Assembly: GCA_037308085.1 (NCBI GenBank) | Contig: CP147779.1 | Location: 1,248,001 to 1,312,000 of the forward strand | Direction of reading: 5' to 3' | Length of the DNA: 64,000 nt | DNA from: Promethearchaeati archaeon SRVP18_Atabeyarchaeia-1 | GTDB taxonomy: Archaea > Asgardarchaeota > Atabeyarchaeia > Atabeyarchaeales > Atabeyarchaeaceae | Shown: positions 29,480 through 38,580 of the stretch, piece after piece | How positions within the stretch are numbered: the first letter of the stretch is position 1 | Layout of the letters: the number at the start of each line of letters is the position of its first letter | Notes under the pieces: model-generated | What the model saw: only the letters and a program-made list of their open reading frames with translations | Databases searched by the model: none | What the model was told of the DNA's origin: nothing | Translations under genes and position numbers: made by a program

Positions 29480-30628
29480 TCACTTTCTGGTTTTTTCGTA
29501 CCGGTCAATGCCAGGTGGAGGTATCTTGGGTTCAAGCTCCGATAGTTCTGTTATTAGTTTCCTTTGCTCACTGGTGAGTTTAGATGGAGTGCGCAAAACC
29601 ACTCTGACTAGTTCGTCCCCCTTTCCATGAGACTTGAGCTTCGCTAAGCCTTTGCCTTTCAGACGAAGAACTGTCCCACTCTCGGTTCCAGGAGGAATGC
29701 TAAACTTGACGATGCCATCCAGTGTTGGAACGGAGACCTCGTCGCCCAGCACAAGCTGAGAGTAATTTACAGGCAGATTGTACAGGATGTCTGGTCCACG
29801 CCTTTCAAAAACCTCGTCTGGCTGGACTCTTATCACGACATAGAGGTCACCTGGGGGGGCCCCTCGCTCGCCGGCTTCTCCCTCTCCCTCTAGCCGAAGG
29901 ACTGAGTCAGTGTCGACACCAGCTGGGATTTTGACTTCCAGTTTTGTATTCTTCCTCGTTGTCCCTGTTCCACCGCATACGGGACATGGGTGTGGTATGA
30001 TCTTCCCAGTTCCTCGGCATTTGTCGCAAGACGTGATCTGAACTATCTGCGTGTAACCTGCATTACGCACGTAACGCAATTCCCCACTTCCGCGGCACTT
30101 CGGGCATGTTTGTGGTTGAGTCCCTGGCTTGACTCCACTTCCGCGGCAATTATCGCACACGGATCTTCTGGGGATTTCAAGCTCTACCTTCGTGTCAACT
30201 GCCGCTTGCTGAAGGGTAATTGTGAGTTCTCGCTCTACGTCTCGCCCTTGAGCGGGTCCAGAGGGTCTGCCTGCGCTGAACCCGCCTCTTCTTCCAAATA
30301 GCGAGTCAAAGATGCCACCGAATCCGCCAAACCCGAATCCAAGGTCCCGGAAAACATCGTCGAAGTTCGCTCCCCGGAAGATGTCTTCGGATGAGTACCT
30401 GCCGGAGATCCCAGCATGCCCAAACCGGTCATACTGTGCCCTCTTATCATCGTCCGAGAGAACAGCGTAGGCCTCAGAGATCTCCTTGAACTTCTCCTCC
30501 GCGCCTGGGGACTTGTTACGGTCAGGATGGTACTTTAGAGCAAGATCACGGTAGGCCTGCTTTATCTGATCCTTGGTAGCATCCTTGGGAATGCTCAGCA
30601 CCTCATAGTAATCCTTTTTCTCACTCAT
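29480..30628 (-). CDS. dnaJ: Chaperone DnaJ
   Basis: KDYYEVL, HPD, G/F-rich region, four CxxCxGxG repeats. Confidence 0.98.
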   Translation of the reverse strand: MSEKKDYYEVLSIPKDATKDQIKQAYRDLALKYHPDRNKSPGAEEKFKEISEAYAVLSDDDKRAQYDRFGHAGISGRYSSEDIFRGANFDDVFRDLGFGFGGFGGIFDSLFGRRGGFSAGRPSGPAQGRDVERELTITLQQAAVDTKVELEIPRRSVCDNCRGSGVKPGTQPQTCPKCRGSGELRYVRNAGYTQIVQITSCDKCRGTGKIIPHPCPVCGGTGTTRKNTKLEVKIPAGVDTDSVLRLEGEGEAGERGAPPGDLYVVIRVQPDEVFERRGPDILYNLPVNYSQLVLGDEVSVPTLDGIVKFSIPPGTESGTVLRLKGKGLAKLKSHGKGDELVRVVLRTPSKLTSEQRKLITELSELEPKIPPPGIDRYEKTRK

Positions 30629-30707
30629 GGCTGAGACACATCCCTCGTCTACTGATTGAAGCAAGAGGTTTCGATATTCTATGACTCAGATCTGAGAACA
30701 GATTTTA

Positions 30708-30759
30708 AGGTTTGTTGCCTCTGCGGTTGTTGATATCGGTTTGAGGTAGCTTCTCCGCT
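30708..30759 (-). mobile_element. Remnant right end / omega-RNA 3' end related to element 1
   Basis: Minus strand AGCGGAGAAGCTACCTCAAACCGATATCAACAACCGCAGAGGCAACAAACCT aligns with element 1 AGCGGAGAAGTTGACCTAAACGGTTATCAGCCGCAGAGGTAACAGAACT. Confidence 0.7.
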
Positions 30760-30761
30760 AT

Positions 30762-31547
30762 TCATGTCTTTGCTGTAAGCGCTCTGCATGCACTGACAAT
30801 CTTGAGCATTACGTCACCGGCTTTCTCATGGATAACCACGTCGCATTGATCGTCCATCTCGGTCGGTTCCATGTTCACGAGAATCATTTTTGCCCCATTG
30901 TCCTTGGCCAGCTTAGGCAATACCGCGGCTGGATAAACGACTAAGGAGGAGCCTACAATTAGCATGACATCACACTCCATCGATTTCTTTGTTGCCTCCT
31001 GGAAGATGAGCGGAGGCAACGGCTCCCCAAATAGAACTATGTCGGGCTTCAAGATGCCGGCGTCGAGATCACACATGGGTGGATTCTCACCCATCTTTAC
31101 CAACTCCATAACCTCCTCCCGAGGATAGCGCGCCCCGCATCTTGTACACGATGCTGTCGCCATCGATCCATGAAGCTCAAGAACGTAAACGTTCCCAGCC
31201 TTCTGATGCAGACCATCGATGTTTTGGGTAACTACGGCGTTGACTTTCCCCATCTTCTCAAGTTCAGCTATGGCGACATGTGCCTTGTTGGGCTTCGCAT
31301 CCAGCACATCTGGACCTAGAGAGAGGGCCCAGATCCACCACGATTTAGGATCACTCCTGAAAGCGCCGATTGAGGCCACTTTCATCGGGTCGTACTTCGA
31401 CCAAAGCCCTCCGGGGCTTCTGAAATCAGGGATGCCACTTTCAGTGGAGATGCCTGCTCCTGTGAGGACAACTAGCTTCTTTGAATCCATTATTATTTTG
31501 GCTGCCTTGGCGATTAGGTTGTCCGCTTCTCCTTTCTTTCTACTCAA
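30762..31547 (-). CDS. cobB: NAD-dependent protein deacylase (Sir2 family)
   Basis: GAGISTESGIPDFRS, TQNIDGLH, LHGS, VGSSLVVYPAA. Confidence 0.95.
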   Translation of the reverse strand: MSRKKGEADNLIAKAAKIIMDSKKLVVLTGAGISTESGIPDFRSPGGLWSKYDPMKVASIGAFRSDPKSWWIWALSLGPDVLDAKPNKAHVAIAELEKMGKVNAVVTQNIDGLHQKAGNVYVLELHGSMATASCTRCGARYPREEVMELVKMGENPPMCDLDAGILKPDIVLFGEPLPPLIFQEATKKSMECDVMLIVGSSLVVYPAAVLPKLAKDNGAKMILVNMEPTEMDDQCDVVIHEKAGDVMLKIVSACRALTAKT

Positions 31548-31891
31548 ATCCTAAAACACATCCCTAGCTGCGAGTCGTTACGTCAGAAGAAAGCGCTTTT
31601 CAAGATCCGCTTTTCAGAAAGTCTAGATTCTGCACACTTAAAAAAGTTGCCTACTCTAGATTTGTTGCTGCATTGAGCGAAGTTCAGACTTCATTCGGGG
31701 CGATCTGCTTAGTCGAGCATATCGTGCTTGACGTGGAACAACCGCCAATCGAAGTCCAATGTGAAGAGCAGAAAAGGTATTTTAAGGTTGAACAAACATA
31801 CTAACTCGACAATCGTGTACGATTCTTCTTTAGCTGGTTTTGATCGGAGTCTTCTGAGTCACATGTCGAAAAGAGGAGTTGAGAAGGAATC

Positions 31892-33196
31892 ATGCCATCG
31901 AAAGTTTTTCACATGAATGATAGGAGCACAACTATTCCTACGAGTCTTGTGGCTAAGGCTCAGACCTTGTTTGACGAAGCAGGGCTGGCTGACTGCTTCA
32001 AGAAAGGAGACAGCGTAGCCATCAAGTGCCACATGGGTGAGTACAATAATACTGGTCACCTCCGTCCGGTACTCGTCAGAGGGATTGTTGAGAAGGTTAA
32101 GGAACACGGAGGCAAGCCCTTTGTGACTGACTGCACATGTCTGAACTATAGCCCCTTCGCGTCTAGGACGACTGCCGCTGAGTATCTGAAGACGGCGGCA
32201 AGGAACGGATTCACGGCTGAGACTATGGACTGCCCTCTTGTCATCGCCGATGGAGAGTATGGACTCGACGACGTTCACATTGATCTACCTGAAGGGCTTC
32301 TATTGCAGGAGCAATACATAGGTAAGAAGATAGCTGAAGCCGACGCCATGATTGTGGTCACACACTTTAAGGGACATCCGCAAGGAACTGTGGGTGGCTC
32401 AATAAAGAACGTCGGGGTCGGGTGCGCAAGTAAAAGGGGAAAGTACAACCTTCATATGGCGCATCACCCGAAGTATGGTGTAAACGCTTCGACCTTCAAC
32501 CCGGGTAAGTGCAAACTGAAGAAATGTGAGAAGTACGAAATATGCAGTGGTTGCTGCCCTGTTGGAGCGATAGAATTCACTGATACTGAAGTGAAATGGG
32601 ATAAGGCGAAGTGTGTTAGTTGCTTTTCCTGCGTGTATGTAGCGCAGAATTGCCTTGTTTGGTACCCACCCTACGAGTATTTCAAGGGTACGCAAGTGGG
32701 GATCGCCGATTCCGCTGCTGCCTGCATGAAGATGATGAAGGGACGAGGAGTCGGGTTCATCAACTACGCTATTGACATATCCCCATGGTGTGATTGTGTC
32801 AGTTTCTCCGACCGCGCAATAGTCCCAAGCCTTGGGGTTTTTGCCTCAAAGGATATAGTGGCAATTGATACCGCTTGCATAGACATAAGCATGAAGAGCC
32901 CTGGAATGCCTGGGTCGCAAGCCGAGGAGAAAGGCGCCATGGATCCGGGAACGCCAAAATTCACGATATGTAGCGCGCCCCTAGGAGAGGACGAGAGAAA
33001 CCAGATCAACGCGGCTGCGAAGTTGAAGATGGGAAGCCAAGAGTATGAGGTTGTTGAGGTTCAGCCCTGTAAGGATTCATGGAGGTTTGGAATAGCCCCT
33101 GTTCCCACTGGAAAGAGGCTTAGGGAAACGTACCTGAAATACGATGCCGTCCCCAAGGGGGGCTTCAAGAGACGAGAATCATATCTGGAGTTCTAG
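31892..33196 (+). CDS. DUF362 Fe-S protein with ferredoxin domain
   Basis: VAIKCHMGE, THFKGH, GGSIKNVGVG, Cys clusters, DISPWCDC, DIVAID. Confidence 0.85.
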   Translation: MPSKVFHMNDRSTTIPTSLVAKAQTLFDEAGLADCFKKGDSVAIKCHMGEYNNTGHLRPVLVRGIVEKVKEHGGKPFVTDCTCLNYSPFASRTTAAEYLKTAARNGFTAETMDCPLVIADGEYGLDDVHIDLPEGLLLQEQYIGKKIAEADAMIVVTHFKGHPQGTVGGSIKNVGVGCASKRGKYNLHMAHHPKYGVNASTFNPGKCKLKKCEKYEICSGCCPVGAIEFTDTEVKWDKAKCVSCFSCVYVAQNCLVWYPPYEYFKGTQVGIADSAAACMKMMKGRGVGFINYAIDISPWCDCVSFSDRAIVPSLGVFASKDIVAIDTACIDISMKSPGMPGSQAEEKGAMDPGTPKFTICSAPLGEDERNQINAAAKLKMGSQEYEVVEVQPCKDSWRFGIAPVPTGKRLRETYLKYDAVPKGGFKRRESYLEF

Positions 33197-33218
33197 AAGG
33201 AGAAGAGGTGAACTGTTT

Positions 33219-35084
33219 ATGGAAAAAGGCGGTTTTTGGCAAAAGCTACTCCGCGTAGATCTGTCTGCCAAAACAATGAAGGTTGAAGATCTTCCTGAGG
33301 ATTTGCTAATCAAGTACGGTGGAGGAAGCGGGATCTCGGCAAAACTACTTTACGATGAGGTTCCAGGTGACACGGATCCGCTCGGTCCCAAGAACAGGAT
33401 CTACTTCATGACAGGAGCGCTAACCGGAACTGCCGCTCCATGCTGTGGCAGGCACACCGTAGTGGCGAAGTCGCCTCTCACTGGGATATTCGGAGAATCC
33501 TCCTCAGGTGGGTTCTGGGGAGCGGAATTCAAGTGGACCGGATTAGACGGAATAGCCATACAGGGAGTTGCGGACAAACCTACCTATCTTTTCATCCACG
33601 ATGAGAAAACCGAGCTCAAGGATGCAAGCAAGTTATGGGGAAAGGACACGTTTGAGACTGAAGACTTGATCAAGAAGGAACTCAATGACCCCCGAGTCAA
33701 GGTGGCTTCGATAGGACCGGCGGGCGAGAAGCTTGTCAAGACATCGTGTATAATCAATGACAAGCACAGGGCTGCCGGAAGATGCGGAATGGGCGCCGTC
33801 ATGGGATCGAAGAAACTGAAGGCAATAGCAGTTAGAGGAACAAAGAAAGTCCCAATAGCTAACCCCGAGAAATTCAAGGAAGTCACCGACAAAGCTCGCG
33901 AACTGATCGACAATCACCTCCTGACCGTGTCCCTTTTCAAGCCACACGGCAACTGTGGGTGGCTGGATACTTACCACGAAGTCGGCGATGTACCAATCAA
34001 GTACTGGCAAAAAGGCTACTGGCCGGAAGGGGCTGACAAACTCGCTGCTAGTGTGATCACGAACAAGTACCTCAAACATCCGCAGCCATGCTATGGATGC
34101 CCAATCGGGTGTGCACGGTACATCGAAGTCAATGAAGGACCCTACGCTCCAATAAAGGGTGGAAACCCCGAGTACGAGGGCATGGCCAGCTTTGGAACAC
34201 TGCTGATGAATGACAACATCGAATCCGTCTTCAAAGCCCATGAGCTCTGTAACAGATACGGACTAGACATAATATCGGCTGGGGCGGCTATCGGTTTTGC
34301 TATGACCTTGTACGAGAAGGGCATTATCACCAAGAAGGACACGGGCGGGATGGAGATAAAGTGGGGAGACCCCAAGGTAATTCTGCAATTGATTGAGGAC
34401 ATGGCATTTAGAAAGGGGTTTGGAAACATCCTCGCTGATGACGTTAGGGAAGCCTCCAATAAGATCGGTAAGGGCTCAGAACAGTATGCGGTGCATGTCA
34501 AAGGAATGTCGGTTCCGATGCATGATCCTAGGGCTTTCTTCAGCCTAGCCGCAGGCTACGCGACGTCTACTAGAGGCGCGTATCACTTTGACGCGTTTCC
34601 GCTCGCACCTGAAATAGGTATAATCTTCCCCGACGTCGGCGTGATCAAGAGACTGGATCGGCACAAGGATGAAGGAAAGGGTGACTTGAATGTCAAGATG
34701 CAGAACTTGATGCACGCGGCAAGCGCTACGGTAATGTGTGCTTACGCGGGAGTCGGTTTTCTACCTTCGTTGATTGCTCAGGCCACTGTCGCCGCAACAG
34801 GAGTCAATGTTCCGACTCAGGAACTCATAAAAATCGGTGAGAGAGCCGTCAACGTAAAGAAGGCATTTAGCATCAAGTGTGGAGGAAAACCAGAGGACGA
34901 CACGATCCCCAAGCTGCTGCTTCAACCTCTACCTGACGGTGGAACGCAGGGAAAGGTGCCGAATCTGAAAATACAGCTTGACGACTACTACCGCATTAGG
35001 GGATGGACTCCTGAAGGGAAACCGACTAAGCAGAAGCTCATTGAACTGGGACTCGATGGCATAGCAAAAGATCTATGGCATTGA
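33219..35084 (+). CDS. aor: Aldehyde:ferredoxin oxidoreductase family protein (W/Mo)
   Basis: LRVDLS, AKSPLTG, GRCGMGAVMGSKKLKAI, CYGCPIGC, PEYE, HDPR. Confidence 0.93.
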   Translation: MEKGGFWQKLLRVDLSAKTMKVEDLPEDLLIKYGGGSGISAKLLYDEVPGDTDPLGPKNRIYFMTGALTGTAAPCCGRHTVVAKSPLTGIFGESSSGGFWGAEFKWTGLDGIAIQGVADKPTYLFIHDEKTELKDASKLWGKDTFETEDLIKKELNDPRVKVASIGPAGEKLVKTSCIINDKHRAAGRCGMGAVMGSKKLKAIAVRGTKKVPIANPEKFKEVTDKARELIDNHLLTVSLFKPHGNCGWLDTYHEVGDVPIKYWQKGYWPEGADKLAASVITNKYLKHPQPCYGCPIGCARYIEVNEGPYAPIKGGNPEYEGMASFGTLLMNDNIESVFKAHELCNRYGLDIISAGAAIGFAMTLYEKGIITKKDTGGMEIKWGDPKVILQLIEDMAFRKGFGNILADDVREASNKIGKGSEQYAVHVKGMSVPMHDPRAFFSLAAGYATSTRGAYHFDAFPLAPEIGIIFPDVGVIKRLDRHKDEGKGDLNVKMQNLMHAASATVMCAYAGVGFLPSLIAQATVAATGVNVPTQELIKIGERAVNVKKAFSIKCGGKPEDDTIPKLLLQPLPDGGTQGKVPNLKIQLDDYYRIRGWTPEGKPTKQKLIELGLDGIAKDLWH

Positions 35085-35243
35085 TATTTCACAAATCCCG
35101 GGATCTGCATCCCCCCTCCCTTGTTTTTTGAGGAAAGACGATCAAGTTCAAGTATCGATTGGAACGGACGTCGTGACCCAAAGGCTAAACAGATGAATAG
35201 CCAGCTGATCGAAGCGGTCAGTGTCCAACACCAGAATCTGTAG

Positions 35244-35271
35244 CGTCTCCTCCGTCAGAATGGAGGAGACG
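35244..35271. terminator. Strong hairpin between convergent genes
   Basis: CGTCTCCTCC-N8-GGAGGAGACG, perfect 10-bp stem. Confidence 0.4.
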
Positions 35272-35389
35272 ATCACGTGCGCCTCGGTCTTTTCTCGCAG
35301 TGATTTTTCTTGTCTCCGGGGTTTTCAAATGCGGCAATTTGAGATCAGCAAGCATTCAGTGAGTCTGGTAGCGATGGATCGGAGAAACA

Positions 35390-36487
35390 TCAAGACCGGG
35401 TCAGCTGTAGGGTTTTTCTCAGTTCTCTACCCTCGAGGATCTTGGATTGGTTTCTAATGTAGCTGAGTGAGACTACTTGCTGATCGAACGAAATAGTCAT
35501 TTCGGGCGTCAAATACGTTATGTTTGCGCTGCCAAATGATCCCGGAAACTTCTGTCTATAGGTGTCTTCCCATTTTATGTGATCGCTAATGCTGTAGTGG
35601 TTCCCAAAAAGAAGAAGATTGTACTTGCCCTCAATTATCCTGAAGCCAATTGGTACATGAGGATCCTGAACAAGCTCCCTTACAACGCTGTCCATCGAAG
35701 ACCTGATTTCAAGCAAGGAATAAGTCAAGATGTAATTTGGCGGCACAAAGAAGTTGGGAAACCTGCATACTGGGGAGGAGACCACTCCATCCTTGATCAT
35801 TGAAAGAACCCGCTTCTCAATGGTCTTCCTATGCAAGCCAGTCTTCTCGACGAGCATCGAGTAGTTGGTTCTAATTCCTTCTCCTGAGACCAGGCATGAC
35901 AATATGCTAAGATCGACTTCGTCAAGTTGACAACCATTTATAACTAGTTGCCCCTTCTCCTTGAAGTCATTCTTGATCAGCTGCATGCCCGAACTGGGGT
36001 CATACTTGATCATACGTTGGTTTGAGAAGTAGGAGGTACTTGACACAAAATCAGAGGCCGCCTCGGAAACCCCATACTTCAGTTTCAGAATCGATGGCTG
36101 CGAATCCATCCACAGTTGATAGCTCGTGATATTCTCGTGATACACAAACAGTATTGTATCATAGTCTCCCTGACGCGATCGGAAAGCGGCAAAAATAAAA
36201 GGGTCTTCCCTGATCCAGCTCTCAAATTTGTCTCGATCTGATGGGGTTTCCGGCAAGTCCAGCTGAACGACAACCAAGAGTGGATAGACGCGGTATAAGG
36301 CAGTGAAAGGAAAAACGGGGAGATGAAGTACCTGATGGCTGAATATGCTCTCGACCTTGGCCTTTACCGTATTCCTGTGCTTGCCGATAATTCTTGAGAG
36401 GGTGCTAAGATTCACACTGACCGCATCCCCAGAGACTAGATTCTCCAAAAGGGAAAAACCCCTTCGGTCGTTGATGAGAGTCGCCAT
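35390..36487 (-). CDS. Tandem Lrp/AsnC-like transcriptional regulator (duplicated HTH-ligand-binding halves)
   Basis: Two HTHs (LSRIIGKHRNTVK; LVEKTGLHRKTIEKRV), each followed by a P..FP.. linker and a RAM-like segment (GDYD/GKYN). Confidence 0.7.
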   Translation of the reverse strand: MATLINDRRGFSLLENLVSGDAVSVNLSTLSRIIGKHRNTVKAKVESIFSHQVLHLPVFPFTALYRVYPLLVVVQLDLPETPSDRDKFESWIREDPFIFAAFRSRQGDYDTILFVYHENITSYQLWMDSQPSILKLKYGVSEAASDFVSSTSYFSNQRMIKYDPSSGMQLIKNDFKEKGQLVINGCQLDEVDLSILSCLVSGEGIRTNYSMLVEKTGLHRKTIEKRVLSMIKDGVVSSPVCRFPNFFVPPNYILTYSLLEIRSSMDSVVRELVQDPHVPIGFRIIEGKYNLLLFGNHYSISDHIKWEDTYRQKFPGSFGSANITYLTPEMTISFDQQVVSLSYIRNQSKILEGRELRKTLQLTRS

Positions 36488-36630
36488 AGTTGCACTACTA
36501 GTTGGTCATAATTGATAATTCTTGCGGTAAAGAGTGCAAATTGTGACATGAAACGGCGCTAGAAATGGCGTAATATTATGGGCAGAAATGCCAAATATGG
36601 TCGCGCAAGTGCACTATTTCCATGGGAGAG

Positions 36631-36649
36631 TATGTCACTTAGTGACATA
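36631..36649. promoter_or_regulatory. Perfect palindrome TATGTCACT-T-AGTGACATA, candidate operator
   Basis: 9-bp inverted repeat between the divergent regulator and dehydrogenase, just upstream of a TTTTTAT box. Confidence 0.6.
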
Positions 36650-36696
36650 ATTCTGCGAAGAAGTGTAGTTTAGGTTTTTATTTCCGTTCGTATTGA

Positions 36697-38001
36697 TTGT
36701 GGTTAGATGACGTAAGAGGATTGCCAGGAAGTGAAAGGATGATCGACCAAATGGTCACAGAAATACAGACGCAGAGAATATCGATGCTTGGCGAGTTGCT
36801 TAAGAACACAAACGTGGCGAATTTCTACGATGAGTGGGGTCCCGAAAAGGTGGTACATGTCTATGACCCACGCGTCGGAATGGAAGGAATACTTGTTATT
36901 GACAACACAGCTCGTGGACCAGGCAAAGGCGGGTTCAGGATAGGGGCAGGCATTACGCCAATTGAGATTTTTAGACTTGCGCGAACCATGACCTGGAAAT
37001 GTGCTTTGGCAGATCTCCCGTTTGGCGGAGCCAAGGGGGGCATTGCAGCAGACCCCTACTCAATTGACAAAGTCAAGTATGTTCGTTCATTTGCAAGAGC
37101 TGTAGCGAATCTTGTTCCTGATCAGTGGATTGCTGCGCCAGACGTTAATGTCGGCGAAAAGGAGATCGAGGCGTTCGTAGAGGAAATTGGAAACCCCAAA
37201 GCAGCGACTGGCAAACCGGATCACTTGGGCGGCATACCACATGAACTTGGGACAACTGGATTTGGCGTAGGCGCTTCGATCGAGACAACCTTGGACGTAT
37301 TGTCGCAAGTAACGCCCATTCAACAGACACTAGAGGGTTTGAGAGTTGTGATTCAAGGATTCGGCAATGTTGGATCTGAACTCGCAAAGTACTTGGCGAA
37401 TAAAGGCGCCAAGATTGTTGGAGTAAGTGACTTCTGGGGAGCGGTATCCAGCCCTAGCGGTTTTGACATCTCCAAGATCCTGAGACACGCGTATGCGACT
37501 GACGAAGCAAACTCGATCAAGAGCTGCAAATGCGGGACACAGATTGACCGAGAAGAAGTTCTATACTTGGACTGTGATGTCCTGGTTCCGGCCGCCGTGT
37601 CCAACTCTATTACTGAACAAAATGCTGACAGAATCAAGGCTAAGCTGATCGTTGAGGCAGCGAACAACCCCACTACTCCTGAAGCTGAGGAGAAGCTGTT
37701 CAGGAGAGGCATCCTTGTCATTCCAGACATGCTGGTCAATGCAGGCGGGGTAATCGGTTCTTATGTCGAGTTCCTGGGCAAAAGAGCCGATGAAGCTTTC
37801 GCGGTTATCGACTCCAAAATCCGCCAAAACACCAGAGACGTACTCGAAGAAGCAATTGGCAGTGATGCCGTGGCTTTGCCGAGAAAGGTGGCAATGCGAA
37901 TCGCCACAAGACGTGTCTCTGATGCAGCAAAATCTCGTTCAAGACAAGGTCTAACATCAACCAATCGATCCGGAGGTGAAAGAGAATGGAAGAGAAAATG
38001 A
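36697..38001 (+). CDS. Glu/Leu/Phe/Val dehydrogenase
   Basis: GPGKGGFR, MTWKCA, GGAKGG, APDVN, QGFGNVG, EAANNP, NAGGV. Start uncertain. Confidence 0.93.
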   Translation: MWLDDVRGLPGSERMIDQMVTEIQTQRISMLGELLKNTNVANFYDEWGPEKVVHVYDPRVGMEGILVIDNTARGPGKGGFRIGAGITPIEIFRLARTMTWKCALADLPFGGAKGGIAADPYSIDKVKYVRSFARAVANLVPDQWIAAPDVNVGEKEIEAFVEEIGNPKAATGKPDHLGGIPHELGTTGFGVGASIETTLDVLSQVTPIQQTLEGLRVVIQGFGNVGSELAKYLANKGAKIVGVSDFWGAVSSPSGFDISKILRHAYATDEANSIKSCKCGTQIDREEVLYLDCDVLVPAAVSNSITEQNADRIKAKLIVEAANNPTTPEAEEKLFRRGILVIPDMLVNAGGVIGSYVEFLGKRADEAFAVIDSKIRQNTRDVLEEAIGSDAVALPRKVAMRIATRRVSDAAKSRSRQGLTSTNRSGGEREWKRK

Positions 38002-38294
38002 TCAAGATACTGCAGGTACTGGATAGGACTGGCGAGGCATGCCCTCTGGGTTACATAACGCTGCACACTAGCATCATAGAGCCATTGGAATTCCTAGAGA
38101 TCCTAGAGAAAGAGGGATACGTGCAGCGCTGCAAGCGTAATAGCTGGTCTCCATCGTCGGGTCTGCGATTCCAAATCACTCCAAGTGCAAGACAGAAGCT
38201 CAGGGAGCTCGAAGGCGAAGTGCTCAGCGTTCCTCTACAAGTGGTCGCAGACGTTTACGCCTCAACCCCGCAAGCCAGATCAAGCAAGAACTAG
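37998..38294 (+). CDS. Small winged-helix-like protein
   Basis: ATGA overlap with the dehydrogenase stop; LEILEKEGYV...FQITP wing pattern. Confidence 0.6.
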   Translation: MIKILQVLDRTGEACPLGYITLHTSIIEPLEFLEILEKEGYVQRCKRNSWSPSSGLRFQITPSARQKLRELEGEVLSVPLQVVADVYASTPQARSSKN

Positions 38295-38580
38295 GCGATA
38301 TTTCTTCTTTGCGGGCCAGAGACTTGGTGGTGCTCCTCACGCGCAAGGGCGTGGGGAGGCCATTTCCATTTTTGCTTCAAGCTCACACGCCCCACGATGA
38401 TCACCAAGTATCTCTTTTTGTAAGCTTGGAGAACGCTTGCCGGTGAGGGTGGGGTGAGGACCTGCAGCCATAACTATTAATATGTGCTGTAAGGAAGATA
38501 GTATCTCCTATAATGCTTGGGAGAGGAGAAAAGAAGGATCCTTTCAACGAATTCACTGCGCAACGGAGGAGCTACTCAAG

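Noticed and set aside
38333-38358. 10-bp GC-rich hairpin CTCCTCACGC/GCGTGGGGAG
   Set aside because: Could be a terminator or IS605-end relic, but it is a single copy with no further support.
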